49,211 nucleotides of DNA. Source: Trichoplax sp. H2 (lineage: Eukaryota). Positions 48,555 through 49,211 of the stretch are shown here, piece by piece. The notes below the pieces were generated by a model. That model made no database searches and had not been told where the DNA came from. It worked only from the letters and a program-made list of their open reading frames with translations. Position 1 is the stretch's first letter. Each line of letters begins with the position of its first letter. The stretch is taken from positions 1 to 49,211 of the forward strand of contig NOWV01000317.1 in NCBI GenBank assembly GCA_003344405.1, given 5' to 3'. The translations under genes and the position numbers were made by a program.

Positions 48555-49211
48555 ATATGGTAAGTTCTTTACCAGAAGATCATTCGAAGCTGGAAATGAC
48601 CATCGGCTAGGATAAACCGGATAATTATTCTCGATACACAAGACTGTAAAATATCTATACAAATTCCAACATAATTCACCAGTATCAAATTCTTCTATCT
48701 ATAGAATTATTTTACTAATAATCACTGAAGAAATCTACTGCCGAGGCGCTACAATGCCATAACGGTTATATGTAACCAATAAGTTTTCGAGCAAGAATTG
48801 CAGTTCATTGCTTGATCTATATTTCCAACAAAGTTAACAGTCTATATGCATTGAAAATTTTATTGCTAGCTGAATTAATTTTAGAGCTGCAATTACATCA
48901 ATAAATCAAGATTTATTTATGCATTTTAATCTCGCTAGAAAATACGGTACATAATTTGAATATGAGACAGACAATTATTTAGAACTATTAGGAAATTTAA
49001 AAATTAATGTTACGATGACTTTCTGATCATCTTATTCTTACTATTTAAACGAATGGAAACTGTCCACTGATCCTGTAATAACGATAAAATCAGCCAGAAA
49101 TTTAAGAATCAAAGGTTATTACTACTATAATTTATTTATGAATCTGAACCTGAAATTTTAATTAATTAAATGCATATATTACTTAGAGACTAATTACAGT
49201 AGAGCGATATA

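Noticed and set aside
47990..48790. Minus-strand frame with VTYNRYGIVAP, a possible fourth GPCR relic around the 48113 LTR
   Set aside because: I could not recover convincing TM2, TM5 or NPxxY segments by eye; a TBLASTN would be needed.
1..49211. CRISPR array, rRNA, tRNA or prokaryotic systems
   Set aside because: I saw no regularly spaced repeats or recognisable structural RNA genes, and the content is eukaryotic.

Overview
AT-rich eukaryotic (animal) scaffold with five 20-N gaps. It holds a tandem array of intronless rhodopsin-class (class A) GPCR genes: six open ORFs and three decayed pseudogenes missed by the ORF track. The array style and composition suggest an early-branching animal such as a placozoan, but that is inference only. 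About 14 kb (~28%, summed by hand from the coordinates below) consists of non-coding TG...CA-bounded elements with 4-6 bp target-site duplications (TSDs) and a TATA-then-AATAAA layout. These are solo-LTR-like units of about eight families, arbitrarily labelled A-H here, and are repeatedly nested in one another. I saw no gag/pol, PBS or PPT. Several otherwise dissimilar families share a covarying 5'-terminal hairpin and homologous 3' ends, and families A, A' and B share an AP-1-type ATGACTCAT just upstream of the TATA box. Four gaps separate near-identical copies of one locus, apparently uncollapsed haplotypes. Three of these show filled versus empty insertion sites, implying recent, polymorphic transposition. 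One LTR sits in the NPxxY codons of a GPCR pseudogene. A duplicated GPCR pair differs by a ~0.5 kb upstream micro-inversion.
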